This document shows, one piece after another, positions 54,998 to 64,000 of a stretch of 64,000 nt of DNA. A program made the translations under genes and the position numbers. Every line of letters starts with the position of its first letter. Positions within the stretch are counted from its first letter, which is position 1. The DNA is taken from the IMG/VR virus record IMGVR_UViG_3300026445_000027, positions 32,001-96,000 of that record, one strand, 5' to 3'. The DNA comes from a virus. The notes under the pieces are model-generated. The model was not told where the DNA came from, did not search any database, and saw nothing but the letters and a program-made list of their open reading frames with translations.

Positions 54998-56533
54998 CTA
55001 TTGCAGCGCGAGACCCGATGTAATTGTTTTCCACGACTTCTGCTTGGGAGCAAAAGCCAGCTTACGTTTATGGTAGCAATCGCCATGCTTAGCGATATCC
55101 ACACATACGGGGAATATGAAACGTGGAGTGATCCGACCACCGAACTTACCTAACAGGTTACGCAGGCGGCCAATCATTTGTTTGTTACGTTGTATAGAGA
55201 ACACAGTGTGGAAAGATATACAAGTAATAGCACCAGGGATATCTTTACCAGTACCGCAACTACCTGGAGTGGTTACCAGGTTCTCGTGCTCTAAATACTT
55301 CTTAGGTGTTTTCTTGTCCAGGGTACCCAAGAACGTATCAAAGTCTGCACCAGGATACTTTTCCCTGAACTTTTCCTTCATTACTAAGCACATCTCGATC
55401 AGAGTAAAGAAGAAGATACATTTAGTTCCCTCCTCCTTAGCGTCGAGGTAGTAGCGTTGATAAATGTCATCTGCCAACTGGAAGTAGAAGTCTGTTGCCT
55501 CCTTACTTCGCAAGATGGACTTTTCCAATGCAATGTCGTTGTAAGTACCGCCCTGCATTGTCTGGATTTTGTACTTACGTATATCCATTTGGTAGAGATA
55601 CGCAAAGATGTCGATGTAGTTCTCAGGCTCTGCCTCTTTAAGCCTGGTCTCTTTAGGCGCCATCGCCTGATACATTTTGTTGAGGAACGGATCGTCCCCT
55701 TTCATAGTAGCAGACAGCATGAACGTCTTGGCCACGTTGCCGTAGAACATCGACAATGTAACTTCGTGGAACGACTCGTGTGCTTCGTCGATAATACGCA
55801 ACCCAGGGTTGATATTAGCGATGATCTCGTCCAGGCAAGGTAAGTTACCATTCTTGCGACGGGAACGCATATACGTGCTTATACGAGTCGTAGGGAGGAT
55901 AATGATCTTAGGATCGATCTTACCTTCCTTACAGAGCTCACCCAACCTAGGCAGGTCAGTGTACTCCCAAACCAATACATCTTTCGGCGAGATATTGAAC
56001 ATCTCTGCCAAGTCTTTCTGCCAGATGGGAATGTAACGTGGTTGGATAGTAATGATCGTCCGCTTCTGCATCAACATCATGCAGTACAGAGCCATGTACG
56101 TCTTACCTAGACCCGTGGAGGCTTCGTTTACTTTGAGGGCCCCAGGACCCATTTTGTATTCGATCCACTCCTTCTGGTTTTCGCGTGGTGTGTTGTATTT
56201 CTCCTTAATACTAAATTCAGCATGCGCTCCTTCAATGACTGGTTCGTCTTTGACTTGGATACGAGCACGGTTGAAGCCCTGCGACGCAGCTAAGCGTAAC
56301 AGGGGCTCCAATACCGACTTAGGCATGCGGTACTCAGAACGGTCATTGCTAGTGCGGGCAAACACATGTGTGGGCACCCAGCGTTTCTTGCGTGTACCAG
56401 GGATTGGTTCTTGACCGTACTTCGTTAACTCCATTTTGCAGTACTTACGCAGTACTAAGTTCTCGAAACCATCTCCGAAATCAAATATGCGTATGTAGTT
56501 ATTAGCGACGCTTATCGTAGCAACGGAACGCAT
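54998..56533 (-). CDS. Superfamily 2 (DEAH) helicase (phiKZ gp75-like)
   Basis: Walker A ASTGLGKT, IIDEAH, LSAT, GTGKDIP, and QMIGRLR. Confidence 0.9.
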   Translation of the reverse strand: MRSVATISVANNYIRIFDFGDGFENLVLRKYCKMELTKYGQEPIPGTRKKRWVPTHVFARTSNDRSEYRMPKSVLEPLLRLAASQGFNRARIQVKDEPVIEGAHAEFSIKEKYNTPRENQKEWIEYKMGPGALKVNEASTGLGKTYMALYCMMLMQKRTIITIQPRYIPIWQKDLAEMFNISPKDVLVWEYTDLPRLGELCKEGKIDPKIIILPTTRISTYMRSRRKNGNLPCLDEIIANINPGLRIIDEAHESFHEVTLSMFYGNVAKTFMLSATMKGDDPFLNKMYQAMAPKETRLKEAEPENYIDIFAYLYQMDIRKYKIQTMQGGTYNDIALEKSILRSKEATDFYFQLADDIYQRYYLDAKEEGTKCIFFFTLIEMCLVMKEKFREKYPGADFDTFLGTLDKKTPKKYLEHENLVTTPGSCGTGKDIPGAITCISFHTVFSIQRNKQMIGRLRNLLGKFGGRITPRFIFPVCVDIAKHGDCYHKRKLAFAPKQKSWKTITSGLALQ

Positions 56534-56550
56534 CTAATACCTCTAATACG

Positions 56551-56576
56551 GTAGGGGAGGGGTGACCCTCCCTTAC
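56551..56576. other. Intergenic hairpin between nvRNAP beta' and the helicase
   Basis: GTAGGGGAGGG-GTGA-CCCTCCCTTAC. Confidence 0.55.
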
Positions 56577-56589
56577 GGGAGGTACCCTT

Positions 56590-58602
56590 TTACGACACCG
56601 CGTGTTGGAAGTAGGTCTCCAGCGGACTTGGTTGCCTGTCTTTAACCAGGAAGGTTTTGATGTTGGACAATACCCCTTGTTGGCCTTCCGCGATCATCAG
56701 ACCGCCTGCGCCTCGGTTCTTGACACACACCATAAAGTTCTCAAAGTACTTAGGACCACTACCCAAGGCTAACTTATACGACAAGTTAGCAGGGTCTTTA
56801 CACAGCAACGATGCGAGCATAGACTCCGCATGTACGATGTTGATACCCTTGGTTTCTTGGTTGATCAGGGTCCAGAATTCACCGAGTACCTCGCCAAAGA
56901 TCTTCGGTGTAACTGGTTGTGACTTCCAGGCACTGTTACGTTTATTGAACGTCATGAAGTTCTCTACACGCCCACGGTGGGCATCCAGGGATTCACGAGT
57001 AAACGGCAGTACAAAGATTGCGTCTTCCCAGTTCCAGTCTTTGAGGTCCACTGCGATATGCTTCTTGTCCATGATCTCCCAGCCTTTCTCCAAGAGGTAC
57101 TGGAGGAAGCCCAAAGAGAACCTGGATGTACGCGACGCTACCGAGGTTTGCGCCGAGTGCTGCTGAATGGTCTTACCACCGACCATCACGTCTTCGATCT
57201 CATACTGGAAGGTTACGTCAGTCAAGTACGGAAGTTTATCCATACTGACCTCATCCAATACGTCCAGCGACCGTAGGTCAGACAGATCCCGTTGGATCGA
57301 CGACTTCAGGATCAGACGAGTACCGTCAACACACATCTCTGGCTTCAAGAAGATCTCGTTGCCGTTCGAGGTAAAGATCTGACGGTCACGTGCTGCCACA
57401 TCAAAGCGACGGGTTACAGCGTTACGGATAAAGTGCTTGGTCGACAGCATTTTCTGACCAAGCGGGTTACAGATGGTAGTTGCAGCGAACATACCAATGT
57501 TGGCATCACGTCGCATCATTGCGTTGTAAGGGATCGAAGCTTTCATGGCTCCGTAGCACTTACCACACACCATACCGTCTTGACCGGCGTTACAGAATGC
57601 AATACTGCGGAATGCAACTGTCTCACCAGCCTTGATTTTCTTGACGGTCTTGTGGTCGATCAGCTCCAGTGTGCCGTCATCCAACATCCGGTGCTTACCG
57701 AGCAACGCTACAGCCATCTCGGTTGTAGACACACGGATCTCTGCCAGGTCTTGCGACCCACAGTCATACGTGTGCAGGATACCTTGCAGTACCGCTGTTG
57801 CCAGGTGAGTCTTACGGTGGAACCACTCGGAGTCTTTCAGGCCACGACCGTTAGAGATCAACGACATGCCCGAGGACTTACCGTCACCAAGCACGTCTAC
57901 CTGGTTAGTGATGCCTTCCCCGTAGTTGGAGTAGATGACGTTAGGCAGGATGACGTTGGGTAGGTCAAATACCGCACCACGTGCAATCGCCAGCTGATAA
58001 GCCTGGTTGATCGACACCCCACCGGTACGCGCCATCAGCGCCACGATATTTTCTTTCAGCGAGTCGTCGTTCCGTACGTAATGACTGAACAGTTCCTCGC
58101 CTTCGTCCACTGTTACTTCATTCGCGTGGACTTTCCGACGAATCTCACAAATACCTGGGTTAAGCATGAACTCATCAACAGACTCTGCCGTCGCAGAGAT
58201 AATCGACCGTTCCGACATCACGGTGATCATGTTGTTGAGCTTAGCTTGCCACGAGTGGATCAACCGCTTGATTGCATCCATCTCGAGTGGATCATCGATC
58301 AATGGACCGATAATACCCAGGATATGATCCAGAGGGATTTTCAACACCTTGTCATTATAGACAATGTTGCGGTGCTTCTCCTCACGAATCGACGGGATCA
58401 GTTCGTCGACTGTGTAAGGAATCTCTGGATACCGACGGTGGACGTTCATCCCTTGCCACGACAGCATCATTGCATATGCGTCGGACTTTACCGTTTTGCC
58501 ATTGTCATCAGTTACATCGATAGCTTTACGGTGATTCCTGAAACGAAGTACATCCATCTCAGTAAGGTTGGCGAAATCCCGTAGATTAACATGCATTCCC
58601 AT
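56590..58602 (-). CDS. Non-virion RNA polymerase beta' subunit, C-terminal part (phiKZ gp74-like)
   Basis: DCGS, RSIAFC...VCGKCYG, and IGMFAATTICNPLGQKMLSTKH (cf. RpoC [22 protein letters not shown]). Confidence 0.9.
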   Translation of the reverse strand: MGMHVNLRDFANLTEMDVLRFRNHRKAIDVTDDNGKTVKSDAYAMMLSWQGMNVHRRYPEIPYTVDELIPSIREEKHRNIVYNDKVLKIPLDHILGIIGPLIDDPLEMDAIKRLIHSWQAKLNNMITVMSERSIISATAESVDEFMLNPGICEIRRKVHANEVTVDEGEELFSHYVRNDDSLKENIVALMARTGGVSINQAYQLAIARGAVFDLPNVILPNVIYSNYGEGITNQVDVLGDGKSSGMSLISNGRGLKDSEWFHRKTHLATAVLQGILHTYDCGSQDLAEIRVSTTEMAVALLGKHRMLDDGTLELIDHKTVKKIKAGETVAFRSIAFCNAGQDGMVCGKCYGAMKASIPYNAMMRRDANIGMFAATTICNPLGQKMLSTKHFIRNAVTRRFDVAARDRQIFTSNGNEIFLKPEMCVDGTRLILKSSIQRDLSDLRSLDVLDEVSMDKLPYLTDVTFQYEIEDVMVGGKTIQQHSAQTSVASRTSRFSLGFLQYLLEKGWEIMDKKHIAVDLKDWNWEDAIFVLPFTRESLDAHRGRVENFMTFNKRNSAWKSQPVTPKIFGEVLGEFWTLINQETKGINIVHAESMLASLLCKDPANLSYKLALGSGPKYFENFMVCVKNRGAGGLMIAEGQQGVLSNIKTFLVKDRQPSPLETYFQHAVS

Positions 58603-58613
58603 ACGGGGGCTCC

Positions 58614-60821
58614 TTAAGTGTTAGGTTGTTCGTCGGCACGTTGGAGCATTTCTTCCAGTACCTGATCCTTGATCATGTTACTCGCATTAACGTCGAAGAC
58701 ATCCAGCGAACGGTCAGAAGCCAGTTCTTCACGCAGTGCATAACCAGAGTCAGACATCATACTCGCTGACATCTGTACCGCCACGTTCATATCGTACTCA
58801 TCCGGCTTGACGATGTAATCAATGTCAAACGGATCATCTGCCCGCAAGATACGACGGGTAGCACGAGTACGCAACTCCGGAGAGTTTGCCAACGCCAGGT
58901 TCTTGTTGATCTCTTGCGGACCAGACTGGCTGTTGGTCAGACGCGCTTCGGTTTCACCTTTGTTACGGTTCGGCTTGTTCTGCAGGATATCCGAATACTT
59001 GTGCATGTCATTCGGCTTAGTCGGCATACCGTAGATGTTCGACAACGGTAGAGACTGTGCAGACATATCAGTACCAAACTTATCCAGCAACATGAAGTGC
59101 TGGTTGGTAATGAGTACCGGTTGGTCAGACATCACTTCCTCATTGAGTGAGTCTGTAAAGATAATGCGTTCTGGTTTGTAGCTATATACCTCGCGCAATG
59201 CGCGGATGATCGCTACGCCATACAGTTTAGTGTCGGATACTACTTCAACACTGATCTGTGTCTTGCAGACGTGGTCAACGAACTCTTCGATGACCGCCGG
59301 GTCAATGATTGCATCCCGTACCAGGTCCCCGAACTCTGGGAAACCTGTGTCGAAGAACTCTTGCAGCTTGAGGAATGCTTCGCCGTAGTTACCAACTTTA
59401 CGCAGCTTGATGACATCTTGCTGCAGGCGCATGCTGATAAAGTTGACCGACTGCTCCAGCAACATCGAGAAAATCTGACGACGGAATGCTGGGATGTTGT
59501 TTACCACGATGTCGGCAATGGTCCCGTCTGCATAACGAGGCGCCATATGACGTGGGATGATCCGAACGATTACCCCTTTGTCACCGTTCATACCGGTCAT
59601 CTTGAACTTGACACGACCTGGAACCATTTCACGCAAGGTGATGTTGATATTCCAGTCTTTCAGTTTAACGCGCTTGTACCCACGGAACAGTGGGTTGATT
59701 TTACCCATGACACTACGGGTATAGTTGGCAAATGCAAAGCGCACGAAAGTGTCAAGTGTGTTGGACACCGGAATGTCTACACCGGCGTTAGTCGACAGCT
59801 TATTATGGTACCAACGGATTACCGCGTTCCACATGTCGTTCTGACGGCGCTCATACCGATCCAACTGTTTGGTATGAGTCTGCTCGATGTAATCAGTAGA
59901 CCGATTGTTACTACGGTCTTTCATACGCTCACTGATTACTTCTACCGCCATTACTTCCGAGTTAATCGGTGCGCGGAACAGAACGTCGTGGTTAAGGTCT
60001 GGCGTACGCAGTGCCTTCTTGGTCAACGTGGTAAGTGCGGTCTTGCTATTGCGCTTACGGAAGCCCATCACGATGCCGTCAGGACGGATACGCTCACCAG
60101 ACTCTGGCAGCACCTTCGGGTTCTCGTCAGTACCGTTCAACAGCAGCGGTACGTACTCGTCCTCATTATAACTGAAGCCACGAGTGTGCTTGAACATGCA
60201 CTTGAGCTTTTCAGTTGCAGCCCAGTCGGTGATCGCAATACCGTCCTCCTCGTTGTAGTGGAAGCTACCAGCACAAACCTTGAGGTTCATACCGAACATC
60301 CACTCACCGGTCTTACTGACCCGAGGTGACTGACCGAAAATAGTACCCTTGGCAAATCGTGCACCTTTCTCGATCCGTGCCATTACCGCTGGATCGTAAA
60401 CGTACTCGAAGCCGATATAAGTGTTCTGTGTGTTGTACTTAGGCAACTCCAGAATGTCATAAGCGTTAAGCTCATCGTTCTTAAACAGCAACCACATCGA
60501 ACTCCACTTGTCAGTGATCTCCCCACCTGGGTTAGGACTATGTACGTAGAAAACTTCTTCTACGATCATGTTAGATGGCGCTTCAATGCGACGAGCGCCT
60601 TCCGAGTAATTGTACTCAGCCCCCGAAATCAGTGCGCGCTCACTACGACCGTTGGTATCCACCGACTTCGGAATCATGTTACCGACCATGTACATACGAG
60701 TCGGAGAAGATACCCACGGGAACACTACCAGGTTAATACCAACCCCTTGTAACTCGGGGATCATTTCGTTTTCACGCCAAAGGTATTGATACTTAGCCTG
60801 GCTTAGATCTATCTTACCCAT
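58614..60821 (-). CDS. Non-virion RNA polymerase beta subunit, C-terminal part (phiKZ gp71-73-like), uninterrupted
   Basis: RpoB motifs GMNLKV...YNEEDGI, KMTGMNGDKGVI...MPRYADGT.ADIVVN, and KGETE. Confidence 0.9.
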   Translation of the reverse strand: MGKIDLSQAKYQYLWRENEMIPELQGVGINLVVFPWVSSPTRMYMVGNMIPKSVDTNGRSERALISGAEYNYSEGARRIEAPSNMIVEEVFYVHSPNPGGEITDKWSSMWLLFKNDELNAYDILELPKYNTQNTYIGFEYVYDPAVMARIEKGARFAKGTIFGQSPRVSKTGEWMFGMNLKVCAGSFHYNEEDGIAITDWAATEKLKCMFKHTRGFSYNEDEYVPLLLNGTDENPKVLPESGERIRPDGIVMGFRKRNSKTALTTLTKKALRTPDLNHDVLFRAPINSEVMAVEVISERMKDRSNNRSTDYIEQTHTKQLDRYERRQNDMWNAVIRWYHNKLSTNAGVDIPVSNTLDTFVRFAFANYTRSVMGKINPLFRGYKRVKLKDWNINITLREMVPGRVKFKMTGMNGDKGVIVRIIPRHMAPRYADGTIADIVVNNIPAFRRQIFSMLLEQSVNFISMRLQQDVIKLRKVGNYGEAFLKLQEFFDTGFPEFGDLVRDAIIDPAVIEEFVDHVCKTQISVEVVSDTKLYGVAIIRALREVYSYKPERIIFTDSLNEEVMSDQPVLITNQHFMLLDKFGTDMSAQSLPLSNIYGMPTKPNDMHKYSDILQNKPNRNKGETEARLTNSQSGPQEINKNLALANSPELRTRATRRILRADDPFDIDYIVKPDEYDMNVAVQMSASMMSDSGYALREELASDRSLDVFDVNASNMIKDQVLEEMLQRADEQPNT

Positions 60822-60854
60822 CAGTTTACTCCAATTACTATTACCATCTACATT

Positions 60855-60873
60855 CAGATGATATAGGTTCGAG
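60855..60873 (-). promoter_or_regulatory. Putative early promoter for the nvRNAP beta/beta' operon
   Basis: Minus strand CTCGAACCTATATCATCTG, 34 nt upstream of the ATG. Confidence 0.55.
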
Positions 60874-60909
60874 ATTATTTATCACCCCTTCGCACAAGAG
60901 GTATGTTCC

Positions 60910-61239
60910 ATGCCCATTGGTGGTCTTAACGTTAACGCAACCAAGGATATCTTTTACACCGACAGATACAAAATCATGGTGCGTTCCTTGAAAGAAGTCT
61001 TGCTAAAACAAGCACAGGCTTTACCAATCCCCAACCCGAATGATCGTTATGCATATCGGTATGACTTTTATCGACTGCTACGTGAACTCGGGGTTGAATC
61101 CCATCTGCATTGGACCGTCGCGTTCCTAAACGACGTGACCGACCCATTTGCTGATAATAGTAAAAAGATAGAAATACTGAACATCAATGAATCAGTAATT
61201 CTCTCCGCAATATCCCGAAGTAATACGCGTCGAGGTTAA
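60910..61239 (+). CDS. Conserved small protein (phiKZ gp70-like by synteny)
   Basis: 109 aa with a GAGG SD, on the opposite strand to its neighbours. Confidence 0.65.
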   Translation: MPIGGLNVNATKDIFYTDRYKIMVRSLKEVLLKQAQALPIPNPNDRYAYRYDFYRLLRELGVESHLHWTVAFLNDVTDPFADNSKKIEILNINESVILSAISRSNTRRG

Positions 61240-61253
61240 AAAATAACTGTAAG

Positions 61254-61285
61254 CTAGTACCTCCGGCGTTAGCCGGAGGTACTAG
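61254..61285. terminator. Bidirectional terminator hairpin
   Basis: CTAGTACCTCCGGC-GTTA-GCCGGAGGTACTAG between convergent genes. Confidence 0.85.
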
Positions 61286-61298
61286 TATTACGGGGCTT

Positions 61299-62786
61299 TT
61301 ACCAGGTGAAGTTAGCGTTGTTGTTATCTACGACAACGCTCGACTGACCGGCAGTTGTTGCTACAGTTGGAACCTGGATACCAGACATTGCTGCCAGCGC
61401 CGGGTTCATCTGCATCATGGCCAGCATAGCTGGGTTCATCATTGCAGACATCGGGTTACCCAGTGCTGCCAACGCGCCCATGCCTGGAGTAGGCATGCCC
61501 GGAATACCGCCCGGGAAGGCACCTTGGTTTTCCACACGCTGCAAGAACGTACCAGACTTGGTGCAGTAGTAGATCACTGCTGCGTTGGTCAGGGTGTTGA
61601 TTGCATGGTGGATCACTTGGTTGGAACCGAAGTCGATCTCGTATTTCAGCCAACGGTCACCACTCGCCATTGGTGGCGGAGTTACGTTGAATCCAGCGAG
61701 CACAGTACCAGCCATTGGCTGAGCGATCTGCGATTGCTGGATCAGCTGCGCTTGTTGGTTTTGTGGCAGTACCGCTACCTGTTGACCAGCACCAGAAGAG
61801 TTCACCGACAGAATACCACCGAGAGCACCCAGGTTCGAGTTAGCAGCAGACTCGTCTTGGGTGTTGTTGGTGTTGTAATCCATCGCCGGTACTTGTCGAT
61901 AGATGTCAGGCAGCTCTTCCAGTTGTTCGGTCCAGCTGAGATCGATCGCGTAGATGCCGAGCTTGTTGAAGTCCGCGCGGAACAAGTTCTGGATGCGGTT
62001 CATCTGTTCGGCTACTTGCTCGTAGCAACCACAGAAGGCAATCAGACGCGAAGCTACCGAAGTAGTGGACTCGCTGCTGATGCTATCAGGATCTACCACA
62101 CCAGGGATGATCGAACGGAACAGATGCGCCATCAGCTTGAGCGCTGCACGCGAGATCGAACGACCATTGAGCTCTACAGACTGGTTATCGGATTCACCTT
62201 CCGACTGTGCCAGACGCTTGACGATCTCGTTGTAGATCGGGAACGACGGTTTGGCCTTGTAGTACACGCGCTCGCCGCTACCGCTGGACGACCGACCCTG
62301 AGCACGCGACACCTTGATGTGGATGAAACGGTTGTCGTGGCCCTTGTCATCAACTTCCACCTGGAAGCGTTCCATCAGATCCTTGATCTCTTGGATCACG
62401 GTCTTCTTGACACCGCGCAGTGGCTCGATGATATCCAGGGTGTTCTGTTTCCAGCTGGATTTCTCTTTACCAGTACCAGCGACACCCAACAGTACGATCG
62501 GGTATTTCTTGAACAGTTCCAGCAGGTGGATCACTGCCATACGACGAATGATCTTGAAGACTTCAGTCTCCTTGCTGACGATGTTCTCACACGCTGGGTG
62601 GAAGAACACTTTGTCCATGGTGTCCTTGGAGTCCAGGACTTCCGACACCGGCAGGTAAACGGACATGTCATCGATCTTAACGTCGATTTCCTTATCACCC
62701 AGCTTAAGCACAATACGACTGTCAGGCTTGATGACACAGCCCCACGAGCACAGCATTGCTTTATACAGTTTGTTCAGATCGTTCAT
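61299..62786 (-). CDS. Probable phage-nucleus protein import factor PicA/Imp1 (phiKZ gp69-like)
   Basis: 495 aa, positioned between the gp68-like and gp70/gp71-like genes. Assigned by synteny and size only. Confidence 0.6.
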   Translation of the reverse strand: MNDLNKLYKAMLCSWGCVIKPDSRIVLKLGDKEIDVKIDDMSVYLPVSEVLDSKDTMDKVFFHPACENIVSKETEVFKIIRRMAVIHLLELFKKYPIVLLGVAGTGKEKSSWKQNTLDIIEPLRGVKKTVIQEIKDLMERFQVEVDDKGHDNRFIHIKVSRAQGRSSSGSGERVYYKAKPSFPIYNEIVKRLAQSEGESDNQSVELNGRSISRAALKLMAHLFRSIIPGVVDPDSISSESTTSVASRLIAFCGCYEQVAEQMNRIQNLFRADFNKLGIYAIDLSWTEQLEELPDIYRQVPAMDYNTNNTQDESAANSNLGALGGILSVNSSGAGQQVAVLPQNQQAQLIQQSQIAQPMAGTVLAGFNVTPPPMASGDRWLKYEIDFGSNQVIHHAINTLTNAAVIYYCTKSGTFLQRVENQGAFPGGIPGMPTPGMGALAALGNPMSAMMNPAMLAMMQMNPALAAMSGIQVPTVATTAGQSSVVVDNNNANFTW

Positions 62787-62799
62787 ATTGGTCTCTCGC

Positions 62800-64000
62800 T
62801 TACTTCTGCTCGATGAAGTATTCGCGCAGGTTATTCAGGAAATTGACGGACTCGGTTACACCGTTTTCGTTACTGGCGATGTTGGTGCTGGTACGAGCCA
62901 AGTAATACGTAGCATTCACGTAGCGCTCTTTAGCTTCGGTTTCACCATTGAAGTACACTTCGACGGAGGTTTCACCGAACAGCGAGCAGTTAACTACGAT
63001 GTTAACCACGGTGCACAGGTGTGCGTAGGCGTTGTTGTACTTGGTGTAGAACTTGTCTTTGAACAGCTGCTTGAAGCGTTCCAGACGGTTGATAGAGTTC
63101 TGATCTTGGTCGGTGATAGACATCCACTCACCAACTACCATTTCCACACCACCGTTGTCACTGAGCCCGCCGAACTCGTGTACGTTGTTGGATGCTGCAA
63201 ACACGATGTGAGTCAGACCAGTACGGATCAACAGGTCGGTAGTCAGCATAGCGATCTCTTGTGCCGTGGTTTCGACCATATTGGACGCACCATAAGCACT
63301 GGAGTTAGCTATCTCATCACGCATCGGGAACCGCGCTTCGTCCAGCATGCTCAAGTCGAGCACGTCCGGCAGGGCAGGGAACACGTCACAGATCTCACCC
63401 AAGGTATAACCCTGGAAACCATTCCAGCTGTAATGGCCAGCACCAATTGCCATTGCCTTGAAGAACGGGTTCTGCGAGATAATCGTTTCCTTCATGCTGC
63501 TGCTGTACAGGCTACCAGCAACCGAGTCCTGCAACGACATGTTGAAGTCTTGGTCATGCAGCACGTTACCAGCAATTTTCAGCAACTGCTTGGCATGGAA
63601 CGTGGAGTCCAGGTTCTGCGTCTTGGATACCAGGGTATGCTTGCCGAGGCTAGCGCCAACGTTACCGTGGTAGTGATCCTGACGGTTCTCCTGCTCAGTG
63701 GACATGTAACCCAATACTTCGTTGGCCATGTCCTCAGGACGTACGGCGCGGAGCTGACGCTGTTGAGTAGGGTCACCCAACAGGAACTGGTCAGAAGCAC
63801 TTACTGCTTGCTTGACCATCGGCATGCCGTCGTACAGATTGGTGATCGACTCTTTGGCTACAGTGTAGCTACGGATTGGTACCAGCATAGTAGCTGGGTC
63901 AATACCACCATCTTCCATCAGACCGCCGCCTGCGCAGTAGAAGAGTACGGTCAGTTCCTCCTCTTTCAGCGCGTCCATCATTACCGAGAACTTGAGCATC
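62800..64000 (-). CDS. Probable nvRNAP promoter-specificity (sigma-like) subunit (phiKZ gp68-like), 5'-truncated
   Basis: Frame is open to the window edge (at least 399 aa); assigned by synteny. Confidence 0.55.
   Translation of the reverse strand, partial: MLKFSVMMDALKEEELTVLFYCAGGGLMEDGGIDPATMLVPIRSYTVAKESITNLYDGMPMVKQAVSASDQFLLGDPTQQRQLRAVRPEDMANEVLGYMSTEQENRQDHYHGNVGASLGKHTLVSKTQNLDSTFHAKQLLKIAGNVLHDQDFNMSLQDSVAGSLYSSSMKETIISQNPFFKAMAIGAGHYSWNGFQGYTLGEICDVFPALPDVLDLSMLDEARFPMRDEIANSSAYGASNMVETTAQEIAMLTTDLLIRTGLTHIVFAASNNVHEFGGLSDNGGVEMVVGEWMSITDQDQNSINRLERFKQLFKDKFYTKYNNAYAHLCTVVNIVVNCSLFGETSVEVYFNGETEAKERYVNATYYLARTSTNIASNENGVTESVNFLNNLREYFIEQK

Noticed and set aside
1-64000. tRNA/rRNA genes, inteins, group I introns, homing endonucleases, transposases, alternative genetic code
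   Set aside because: I saw no cloverleaf or intein/HNH/LAGLIDADG motifs by eye. Core genes are of the expected size and end normally in TAA, TAG or TGA.

Overview
This 64 kb window is a segment of a phiKZ-like nucleus-forming jumbo phage (Chimalliviridae type, roughly 50% GC by eye), encoded mostly on the minus strand. Read right to left it follows the conserved core order: a sigma-like nvRNAP subunit (truncated at the edge), a probable PicA/Imp1 import factor, nvRNAP beta-C and beta'-C, an SF2 helicase, virion RNAP beta'-C, the exonuclease-bearing part of a split B-family DNA polymerase, a block of head/ejection and baseplate/neck proteins, a DnaB-like helicase, the major capsid protein, nvRNAP beta-N, portal, RuvC and a probable lysis module (holin candidate plus overlapping spanins). 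phiKZ gp numbers come from motifs, sizes and recalled synteny, not from a database search. The best new candidates are: (1) a -1 ribosomal frameshift at T_TTT_TTT (48754-48760) that would fuse a Cys-motif protein to the next ORF, like a lambda G/GT or P2 E/E' tail chaperone; (2) an A_AAA_AAC heptamer with a 6-nt spacer and a 73-nt stem-loop at the end of the capsid gene; (3) an early-promoter accessory cassette (8.4-11.3 kb) with three copies of an unrecognised ~110-aa domain followed by a structured, internally repeated ~220-nt RNA or attenuator. I found no tRNA, rRNA, CRISPR array, intron or intein.
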